Virus record (IMG/VR): IMGVR_UViG_3300030106_002287
Span: 1-28,752 of that record
Length of the DNA stretch: 28,752 bases
Reading direction: 5' to 3' (one strand)
Source of the DNA: a virus
Taxonomy: Duplodnaviria; Caudoviricetes
The position numbers and the translations under genes are program-made. Below the pieces are notes generated by a model. It saw nothing but the letters and a program-made list of their open reading frames with translations. It ran no database searches and was not told the DNA's origin. Shown piece after piece: positions 1-6,378 of this stretch (position 1 is its first letter; each line of letters opens with the position of its first letter).

Positions 1-2
1 GC

Positions 3-284
3 GGTATGCAATGCGGACACTTTCAAAGTCGTAGACACCACGCTACACGCTGGAACGAGTGGAATTGTCAAGTACAATGCGTAAAATGTAATATGTTTAG
101 TGGTTCTGGAGAACAATGGAAGTTCGGACTTAACATAAATGCAAAGTATGGTGAGGGTACATCTAACGAACTACAAATTTTAGCACAAACTACAGTTAAG
201 ATTAGTAGAGTAGATTATGAGGAAAATATACGATATTACAAGGCACTTGTTAATAACTTAAAAAAGGAAAAGGGAATAGAATAA
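3..284 (+). CDS. ninG: NinG/Rap-like recombination endonuclease, 5'-truncated by window edge
   Basis: QCGHFQSRRHHATRWNEWNCQVQCVKCN matches the NinG GH..SR...R....N...QCxxCN pattern; frame is open to the left edge. Confidence 0.8.
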   Translation, partial: GMQCGHFQSRRHHATRWNEWNCQVQCVKCNMFSGSGEQWKFGLNINAKYGEGTSNELQILAQTTVKISRVDYEENIRYYKALVNNLKKEKGIE

Positions 285-301
285 AAATTTTTCTATATTT
301 G
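247..301 (+). promoter_or_regulatory. Bacteroidetes -7 element with upstream TTGTTAATAACTT box; overlaps a late-type TTCTA
   Basis: TATATTTG (TAnnTTTG) at 294-301, ATG 4 nt later; 13-mer at 247-259 identical to 24279-24291 at the same spacing. Confidence 0.65.
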
Positions 302-305
302 AAAT

Positions 306-662
306 ATGAAACAACCAATATTTGCTAATAAACAACACGAGGTAATAGTTAGCAATTATATAAAAATGTTGAAAGACTTTGTAGTAGATGTTTCAAACGA
401 CGTAAGATATAAAAACTATAACGACGTTTTACAAGTTATTATAGAATATCATAACAACTACGGTAAAAATGTTAGAGAAAATAATTACTGGGACTGGCTA
501 ATGATATTACCTATAAATGTTTCTGTTATGACAAGTGGCTATTTGTCAGCTATAGAAACTAAAAGAAATAAGACACTTGTAAACTCATATAGAATTTTAG
601 TTACTGAAATGTTACACGACGTAGTAGAAAAAATAGAAAAATTAGAGCCTTATAATGAATGA
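306..662 (+). CDS. hypothetical protein (118 aa)
   Basis: ORF with genome-typical codon use, overlaps the start of the sigma gene. Confidence 0.75.
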   Translation: MKQPIFANKQHEVIVSNYIKMLKDFVVDVSNDVRYKNYNDVLQVIIEYHNNYGKNVRENNYWDWLMILPINVSVMTSGYLSAIETKRNKTLVNSYRILVTEMLHDVVEKIEKLEPYNE

Positions 663-1212
663 TATATATACAGTTATAAGCAAACTAACGCCGATATATA
701 AAGAGTTGGCTAACAAATATACAAACGATATTAACGAGGCAAACGATAGCGTACAAGATTTAATGGAGTATTTTATAAATATGGATAAACAAACCTTAAC
801 AAAAATATATAATAATGACGGTGAAACGGGTTTAATTAAGTACGGTAATGTAGTTATAAAAAGAGCCTTAACAAGTGTTAGAAGTCCATTTTATTACAAG
901 TACAAAAAATATTATAAGCATATATGTAGTTATTATGAAACAAATACTGCTGTAAAGAAACACGGTAAAACACAAAGCATACAAAATATACCTGACTATA
1001 TAGAACAAAACCCACAATACGCAAAACTTGAACTTATAGATACACAGTTAGAAAAACTACACTGGTACGATAAAAAATTATTTGAGTTGTACTATTATGA
1101 AAATCATACATACGATAGCCTAGCTAAAGTTACTGGTATTAGTAGAAATAGTTTATTTACTACTATAGATAAGGTTAGAAATATACTTAAAGACGAGTTA
1201 TGTAATGAATAG
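655..1212 (+). CDS. ECF/sigma-70-like RNA polymerase sigma factor (putative late sigma)
   Basis: Region-2-like EANDSVQDLMEYF; region-4 HTH LHWYDKKLFELYYYENHTYDSLAKVTGISRNSLFTTI; 185 aa. Confidence 0.75.
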   Translation: MNDIYTVISKLTPIYKELANKYTNDINEANDSVQDLMEYFINMDKQTLTKIYNNDGETGLIKYGNVVIKRALTSVRSPFYYKYKKYYKHICSYYETNTAVKKHGKTQSIQNIPDYIEQNPQYAKLELIDTQLEKLHWYDKKLFELYYYENHTYDSLAKVTGISRNSLFTTIDKVRNILKDELCNE

Positions 1213-1606
1213 ATATTTTACAAATAACGAAATATACAATGAACGCTTAGCTATTTGTAATAGTTGCGATTATTTTTTTAAGCCTACTGGTCAATGCAAA
1301 AAGTGTTTGTGTTTTATGTCTATCAAGGCAAGGCTTAGTTTTTTGAGTTGCCCTATAAATAAATGGAGTAAAACAACTGAGGTAGAAATGCCTAAAGATA
1401 TACCAGCTGAACTTATAGAAGAGGCTATAAAAATATACCCTGATATAAAAACTGGTAGGGCTAAAAACCACGAGGTTAAGTATAAAATGATAGAGTTATA
1501 TAATACTATATACAATACAAATTATGATAAGGGTACAAGTTGTCGTAGTTGTCTAAGCACTTGTTTAAAAGGTATAAAAAATATATATATAAAGTATGGT
1601 AAGTAG
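1205..1606 (+). CDS. Cys-rich putative Zn-binding protein (DUF6171-like N-terminus)
   Basis: ERLAICNSC...GQCKKCLCFMSIKARL...CPINKW plus C-terminal CRSC. Confidence 0.65.
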   Translation: MNRYFTNNEIYNERLAICNSCDYFFKPTGQCKKCLCFMSIKARLSFLSCPINKWSKTTEVEMPKDIPAELIEEAIKIYPDIKTGRAKNHEVKYKMIELYNTIYNTNYDKGTSCRSCLSTCLKGIKNIYIKYGK

Positions 1607-1667
1607 TCATTTAAGTTTTCTTGTTTATTGTTTTTTTGTTATTTCTACTATTTACCATACTTTTTTT
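1591..1667 (+). ncRNA. 17-bp stem, 39-nt U-rich loop, 3' U-tract (terminator and/or candidate antisense RNA)
   Basis: AAAGTATGGTAAGTAGT (1591-1607) pairs with ACTATTTACCATACTTT (1647-1663) with one G-U; T run to 1667. Confidence 0.5.
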
Positions 1668-1679
1668 AAAATTTAAAAT

Positions 1680-1805
1680 ATGATAGAGTTTTTAAGACAC
1701 GCTACGGGTTTATGCGGTGAGCCTCACCCAAGTTTACTTACTATACTTTTTGGTACACCTATAGTAGGTTATTTATTAATGAAATTTAAAAACAAAAACA
1801 AATGA
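1680..1805 (+). CDS. small putative membrane protein (41 aa), not in ORF track
   Basis: MIEFLRHATGLCGEPHPSLLTILFGTPIVGYLLMKFKNKNK; A-rich start region; ATGA overlap with next ORF. Confidence 0.7.
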   Translation: MIEFLRHATGLCGEPHPSLLTILFGTPIVGYLLMKFKNKNK

Positions 1806-1954
1806 GTATATTTTTTGGAATTATAGTAGGTTTTTTTGTGTTTGCTTTTATAATTATTAGCTATTTAGAGTATAGAGCTGACCTACACGAAATGCACATA
1901 CTAAAAGATAAATTAAAAAAATATGAAGAGCAAGAAAAAATTAAAAATACCTAA
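1802..1954 (+). CDS. small protein with N-terminal TM helix (50 aa), not in ORF track
   Basis: MSIFFGIIVGFFVFAFIIISYLEYRADL...; ATGA-coupled to the previous ORF. Confidence 0.65.
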   Translation: MSIFFGIIVGFFVFAFIIISYLEYRADLHEMHILKDKLKKYEEQEKIKNT

Positions 1955-2138
1955 CTATTATATAGGTAAAGTATATGGCTATGAGGCTAGAAAAATTATA
2001 GAGGATTACGACTTAGGTTTTAATGTAGGTAACGCAGTTACTTATTTACTAAGAGCAAACAACAAACATAAAAGCCCTATAGAAAAAGCTATAAACCACT
2101 TATATTTTGAGTTAGACGTAATAAATAATAAAAAATGA
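1923..2138 (+). CDS. DUF3310-like protein
   Basis: PNYY...EARKIIEDYDLGFNVGNAVTYLLRA..KH...EKAINHL pattern. Confidence 0.7.
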   Translation: MKSKKKLKIPNYYIGKVYGYEARKIIEDYDLGFNVGNAVTYLLRANNKHKSPIEKAINHLYFELDVINNKK

Positions 2139-2389
2139 CACTATACATTTGCGAGTGCGGTAAAGAGCAAAAAGAAATAAGTAAAGCTACTATAGTATTA
2201 AGAGATAATAAGTGGGTATGTAAACAAGCTCTATGTAGTTGCGGTAAATATATGGATAGTATAGCCAAAGACGGTATGCCTAACTTAATACGTACTGAGC
2301 CTACTTTAAGTAACAAAGGCGACAAAATGTGGGATAGTACAAAAGAAAAAATATGTGGTGAGAGAGGTATTAATGAGCCTTTTGACTAA
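2135..2389 (+). CDS. hypothetical Zn-ribbon-like protein
   Basis: YICECG and LCSCG motifs; ATGA overlap with upstream gene. Confidence 0.7.
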   Translation: MTLYICECGKEQKEISKATIVLRDNKWVCKQALCSCGKYMDSIAKDGMPNLIRTEPTLSNKGDKMWDSTKEKICGERGINEPFD

Positions 2390-2772
2390 TGAAGTTTGTA
2401 ATAAAAAATACAAACGACAAACAAAGTTTATTTAACTATTTAAAGCATTTAGACAACGACTATATAGTAGATGTTAAAAAACAAAAAAACAATAGATCAA
2501 TAATGCAAAATAATTACTACTGGGCTTGTATAGTACAACCTTTAGCAAAAGAACTAGGCTACTATAACGACGAAATGCACGACGCACTTAAAGTAAAGTT
2601 TAGTAGTGAATGGTCAAGTATAGAACGTGACGATAAAACAATAGGTCTACAAATTGTAAACAGTACGGCACGTATGAATACAAAAGAGTTTGAGATATAT
2701 ACAGAAAGTATAAGAGTTTGGGCGCTAACTGAGTTAAACGTTAGACTAATGCTACCAAATGAATATAATTAA
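2389..2772 (+). CDS. ninB: NinB/Orf-like recombination accessory protein
   Basis: RSIMQNNYYW, MHDALK and STARMNTKEF motifs typical of NinB-like proteins. Confidence 0.65.
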   Translation: MKFVIKNTNDKQSLFNYLKHLDNDYIVDVKKQKNNRSIMQNNYYWACIVQPLAKELGYYNDEMHDALKVKFSSEWSSIERDDKTIGLQIVNSTARMNTKEFEIYTESIRVWALTELNVRLMLPNEYN

Positions 2773-2778
2773 TTTCTA
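2756..2778 (+). promoter_or_regulatory. putative late promoter CAAAT-N13-TTCTA
   Basis: Same motif and spacing at 15028-15050 and 17438-17460; directly upstream of terminase genes. Confidence 0.65.
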
Positions 2779-2815
2779 TAATATAATATAAGTTGAATAA
2801 TCAAGTTTTTTCAAG

Positions 2816-3079
2816 ATGAGTACACACGGTGGTAAAAGAGTAGGGGCTGGACGTAAAAGTAAAGCTGACGAACAAAAGCTAATAGAAAATCTAACGCCTA
2901 TGAATAGTTTGGCTTTACAGTCGCTACAAGAGGGCTTAGAAAAAAAAGAACAATGGGCAGTTAAATTATTCTTTGAATATTTTTACGGTAAACCTCAACA
3001 AAGAGTAGATGTTACTACAAACGACGAAAGCCTAAATATGCCTTTAATAAACTTTGTAGAAACTGAAACTAAACGATAA
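2816..3079 (+). CDS. terS: terminase small subunit-like protein
   Basis: N-terminal HGGKRVGAGRK motif, YGKPQQRVDVTT; immediately before the large terminase. Confidence 0.6.
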   Translation: MSTHGGKRVGAGRKSKADEQKLIENLTPMNSLALQSLQEGLEKKEQWAVKLFFEYFYGKPQQRVDVTTNDESLNMPLINFVETETKR

Positions 3080-4265
3080 ATATAAACAACTATTTGAAAG
3101 CGACGCTAGATACTTTATTATAACTGGCGGTAGAGGTAGTGGTAAGTCTTTTGCGGTGACAGTATTTCTAACACTACTTACAATGACTAAAAATATTAGA
3201 GTATTGTTTACACGTTATACTATGGTGTCAGCTCACTTAAGTATTATACCTGAGTTTTTAGAAAAAATTACACTACTTGGTTTTGACAATTTATTTAGCG
3301 TAAATAAAGCTGAGGTAGTTAATTTAGGTAACAAAAGTGACATACTATTTAGAGGTATAAAAACAAGCGCTGGTAACCAAACTGCAAGTCTAAAATCTTT
3401 AACTGGTGTTAGTACGTGGGTATTAGATGAGGCAGAGGAATTAATAGACGAAGATATATTTGATACTATTGATCTGAGTATTAGAGAAAAAAATATACAA
3501 AATAGAATTATACTTATACTAAACCCAGTTACTAAAGAACACTGGATATATAATAGGTTTTTTTTAAACAAAGGCGTAGAGGCTGGTTTTAACGGCGTTA
3601 AAGACAATATATGCTATATACATAGTACATACCTAGACAATATAGATAATCTCTCTAAGAGCTTTATAGGACGTATAAACACTATAAAACATAACAACAT
3701 AAAAAAGTATAATCACAAAATACTAGGCGGTTGGTTAGACAAGGCAGAGGGTGTAGTATTTGAGAATTGGACTATAGGCGAGTTTAACCCCGACAACTTG
3801 CAAACATCTTGCGGTATGGACTTTGGCTTTTCTGTAGACCCTGACAGTTTAGTAGAGGTTGCAATAGATAAGAAAAAAAAGAAGATGTATTTAAAAGAGC
3901 ATATCTATAAGAACGGTCTAAAGTCACACGAACTTGCAGAAATAGTATTAGACAAAGTAGGTAATAAACTTATAATAGGTGATAGCGCAGAGCCTAGACT
4001 TATAGAAGATTTAAAACACTTAGGCGTAAATATAAAGCCAGTAAAAAAAGGTACAATAGAAAGCGGTATAACACGTATGCAAGATTACGAGTTAGTTGTA
4101 TGTCCTAGATCAACTAATATAGCTAAAGAACTAAATAACTATATATATGCAGACAAAGGATCAAAGCTCTATGTAGACGCTTACAACCATAGTATAGACG
4201 CAATAAGATATAATGTAATTTACCACTTAGACAACCCTAACTACGGTAAGTATTTTGTACAGTAG
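3063..4265 (+). CDS. terL: terminase large subunit (PBSX/Terminase_3 type), probable CTG start, 400 aa
   Basis: Walker A IITGGRGSGKS lies in frame upstream of the track's GTG (3156); Walker B WVLDEAEE; nuclease motifs GMDFGFSVDP and NHSIDAIRY. Confidence 0.92.
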   Translation: MKLNDKYKQLFESDARYFIITGGRGSGKSFAVTVFLTLLTMTKNIRVLFTRYTMVSAHLSIIPEFLEKITLLGFDNLFSVNKAEVVNLGNKSDILFRGIKTSAGNQTASLKSLTGVSTWVLDEAEELIDEDIFDTIDLSIREKNIQNRIILILNPVTKEHWIYNRFFLNKGVEAGFNGVKDNICYIHSTYLDNIDNLSKSFIGRINTIKHNNIKKYNHKILGGWLDKAEGVVFENWTIGEFNPDNLQTSCGMDFGFSVDPDSLVEVAIDKKKKKMYLKEHIYKNGLKSHELAEIVLDKVGNKLIIGDSAEPRLIEDLKHLGVNIKPVKKGTIESGITRMQDYELVVCPRSTNIAKELNNYIYADKGSKLYVDAYNHSIDAIRYNVIYHLDNPNYGKYFVQ

Positions 4266-4267
4266 TA

Positions 4268-4501
4268 TTATCTAATTAAATTAAAATTAGTTAGGTTGTG
4301 TTCTCTTATAGCCCATTTATGTGTACCACAATCTTTTATTTCTGTATCTTGTAAACTCATCGTAAAACCATTTTTAGTACATACTACTAATAGCTTATTG
4401 TTAGTATTTCTTACTACTTTGTATAGTGAGCTTTTCCAGTAAACATCTTCGTTAATATCTAGTAAGTAGTTAATCGTTTTTAGTGTTTCTTTATTTGTCA
4501 T
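4268..4501 (-). CDS. small hypothetical protein, cassette 1 (77 aa)
   Basis: Own consensus promoter and A-rich leader; convergent with terL. Confidence 0.8.
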   Translation of the reverse strand: MTNKETLKTINYLLDINEDVYWKSSLYKVVRNTNNKLLVVCTKNGFTMSLQDTEIKDCGTHKWAIREHNLTNFNLIR

Positions 4502-4515
4502 TTTATTTCTTTTGT

Positions 4516-4587
4516 TTTTTGTTGGTACAAAGATACAATAAATATTTTAACCACCAAACTTTTTAACGTTTTTTTGATAAAAACTTT
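4516..4587. repeat. direct repeat copy 1 (promoter module)
   Basis: TTTTTGTTGGTACAAAGATA (20 nt) identical to 4894-4913; ACCAAACTTTTT..AAC and TAAAAACTTT also shared. Confidence 0.85.
4528..4558 (-). promoter_or_regulatory. Bacteroidetes housekeeping-sigma promoter
   Basis: Minus strand reads TTTG-N19-TATCTTTG, matching the -33 TTTG / -7 TAnnTTTG consensus. Confidence 0.85.
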
Positions 4588-4594
4588 TTGCAAT

Positions 4595-4620
4595 AAAAAA
4601 AGGGGCTTTTACACCCCTTT
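4595..4620 (-). terminator. intrinsic terminator of cassette 2 (possibly weakly bidirectional)
   Basis: Minus strand AAAGGGGT-GTAAAA-GCCCCTTTTTTT. Confidence 0.8.
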
Positions 4621-4646
4621 ATAATTATATGTTATTTACTAATTTT

Positions 4647-4868
4647 TTATTTAATATTATTTATATATTTTTCTATTGTAGAAAATTTAACTGCTTGTTT
4701 TACTATTTTACCATTGATAAATAAATTCAATTTACCATTTTTCTTGATTATTTCAGCGTGTACTAAAGGCTTGTTAAATATTTCTATTTCTGCAACCTCA
4801 TTATTTAAAATATATCTCATTACTTGAGGAGCAAATTCTGTTGGGTCAATAAATCTATAATTTGTCAT
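4647..4868 (-). CDS. small hypothetical protein, cassette 2 (73 aa)
   Basis: Bracketed by its own promoter and terminator; starts MTN like cassette 1. Confidence 0.8.
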   Translation of the reverse strand: MTNYRFIDPTEFAPQVMRYILNNEVAEIEIFNKPLVHAEIIKKNGKLNLFINGKIVKQAVKFSTIEKYINNIK

Positions 4869-4893
4869 TTTATTTAATTTAAGTTATTGTTTG

Positions 4894-4966
4894 TTTTTGT
4901 TGGTACAAAGATAAGTACTTTTTTTAAACTACCAAACTTTTTTAACACTTTTTTGGTAAAAACTTT
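4894..4966. repeat. direct repeat copy 2 (promoter module)
   Basis: Core offset by 378 nt from copy 1. Confidence 0.85.
4906..4936 (-). promoter_or_regulatory. Bacteroidetes housekeeping-sigma promoter
   Basis: Minus strand reads TTTG-N19-TATCTTTG. Confidence 0.85.
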
Positions 4967-5023
4967 ATTTTACTCTAGTAACTTTTTTTAAATTAATAAA
5001 AAAAAAGTGGTAATTTAGGTGAG

Positions 5024-5047
5024 TAAACTAAATATAAACTTTTTCTA
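5024..5047 (+). promoter_or_regulatory. putative late promoter variant TAAAC-N14-TTCTA
   Basis: TTCTA at 5043-5047, ATG 9 nt downstream as at 17470. Confidence 0.55.
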
Positions 5048-5056
5048 TATATAACT

Positions 5057-5698
5057 ATGAATATAAACGTTGAAAAAGACGGAACAAAAAAAAGGTACAA
5101 ATTAATAAACAGTTGGTCAGATGTTACCTTAGAAAAATGGCTAAAGCTAATAGAGTTTGAGGGCTTGACAAAAACGCAAGAAAGTTTAGAAACTATAAAC
5201 TTGTTAAGTACAATGCCTAAAAAAATTATAAGGGAACTTAGTGTACAAGACGTAGCTATGATTATGACTACGTTTAACAAGTATAAAATAAACACTAATA
5301 AGCGACTTAGAAAAACATTTACTTTAGATCAAATCAAGTACGGCTTTCACCCTAACTTAGAGGAACTAACTTTAGGAGAGTGGGCGGACATAGAAACATT
5401 TATACAACAAGGCATACAAGACAATATGGCTAATATAATGGCTATATTGTTTAGACCAATAAAAGAAAGTAAAAATGACGCTTATATTATAGAGGCTTAT
5501 GACGGCAACATAAGTGTAAGAGCTGAGAAATTTAAAAAGATGAGTGCAGAGCAAGTACAAAAGTCTTTGGTTTTTTTTTGGACTTTCGCAAACGAGTTGT
5601 GCAAGATTTCGCTATCATATTTGAGGGGTCACCTCAACGAAGTGAAGAAAACAATACCAACGAAAGTTTTGCCGAAAAATGGGGCTACTTTGGTATGA
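5057..5698 (+). CDS. tail assembly chaperone (gpG-like, unshifted product)
   Basis: YGFHPNLEELTLGEWADIE motif; slippery T9 run at VFF codons; overlapping -1 frame ORF. Confidence 0.65.
   Translation: MNINVEKDGTKKRYKLINSWSDVTLEKWLKLIEFEGLTKTQESLETINLLSTMPKKIIRELSVQDVAMIMTTFNKYKINTNKRLRKTFTLDQIKYGFHPNLEELTLGEWADIETFIQQGIQDNMANIMAILFRPIKESKNDAYIIEAYDGNISVRAEKFKKMSAEQVQKSLVFFWTFANELCKISLSYLRGHLNEVKKTIPTKVLPKNGATLV
5572..5578 (+). other. -1 programmed ribosomal frameshift slippery site T TTT TTT
   Basis: G-T9-G at 5570-5580 in X XXY YYZ register; -1 frame is open for 84 codons. Confidence 0.75.
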
Positions 5699-5832
5699 TG
5701 TATAGACTATGTAACGGAGATATAAGTAAACTAGAAACTATAGCTAAAATAAACGTCTTAGAGGCTTTTACTTGGCTTAGTTATGAAACTGATTTAGAAA
5801 GTTTAAAAAATGTAAATGTAAATGGTAAATAA
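5578..5832 (+). CDS. -1 frame extension of tail chaperone (gpGT-like; fusion about 258 aa from 5057)
   Basis: LDFRKRVVQDF...FAEKWGYFGMMYRLCNGDI...EAFTWLSYETD; begins exactly at the slippery run with no convincing independent start. Confidence 0.7.
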   Translation: MDFRKRVVQDFAIIFEGSPQRSEENNTNESFAEKWGYFGMMYRLCNGDISKLETIAKINVLEAFTWLSYETDLESLKNVNVNGK

Positions 5833-6313
5833 TAAGACATATAACAACGTAATAGAAACGCTAAAAAATTTAGGTACTAATCATTTTCAAATAAGCACAA
5901 CAACAGTAGGCGATATATTCGATATTGACTTAGAAAAAAATACTAAGTACCCTCTTATGCACTTAAACCCAGTAAACGTAACTACAAGACGTACAGAGTT
6001 AGTATATAACTTTCAAGTGTTTATAATGGACTTAGTAGAGCCTGACGGTAGCAACGAACAAGCGGTATATAGCGAAGTATTACAAATATGTATTGATATA
6101 ATAGCTATATTGTCAAACTCACAATTTCAAGCGCAATTATCTTTAGATATAAACGCCCCAGTATATTTTGCTGAGGGTGACTTTACGTTAGAGCCATTTA
6201 AGGAACGATTTGACCAATCTGTAACTGGCTGGGTTTTTAACTTAGGTATAACTGTAGAGAATAGCTTTCAAAGTTGCGAAATACCTATGGATAATGTAGC
6301 AATAGGTGAATGA
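5822..6313 (+). CDS. putative tail terminator/completion protein
   Basis: 163 aa, YPLMHLNP and PFKERFDQSVTGW motifs; structural context. Confidence 0.55.
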   Translation: MVNNKTYNNVIETLKNLGTNHFQISTTTVGDIFDIDLEKNTKYPLMHLNPVNVTTRRTELVYNFQVFIMDLVEPDGSNEQAVYSEVLQICIDIIAILSNSQFQAQLSLDINAPVYFAEGDFTLEPFKERFDQSVTGWVFNLGITVENSFQSCEIPMDNVAIGE

Positions 6314-6378
6314 TAAAATTTAAAATATGGAAGATAACAATACAACTGATACCGCCAAAAATAACAATAAAGCTATGA
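6310..6378 (+). CDS. 22-aa microprotein MIKFKIWKITIQLIPPKITIKL
   Basis: ATGA overlaps at both its start (6310-6313) and its stop (6375-6378). Confidence 0.55.
   Translation: MIKFKIWKITIQLIPPKITIKL

Noticed and set aside
1506-1610. Minus-strand 34-codon ORF starting in the hairpin (CAT at 1608-1610)
   Set aside because: Antisense to a real gene with no TAnnTTTG promoter upstream; a relic cassette leader remains an alternative origin for the loop.
3054-3059. Genome-wide TAG reassignment suggested by TTG TAG before terL
   Set aside because: Genes are intact in code 11, and TAG ends terL and other ORFs at plausible positions.
4516-4966. Repeats as a CRISPR array or attachment sites
   Set aside because: Only two copies, 378 nt apart, each explained as a promoter module; no cas or integrase gene.
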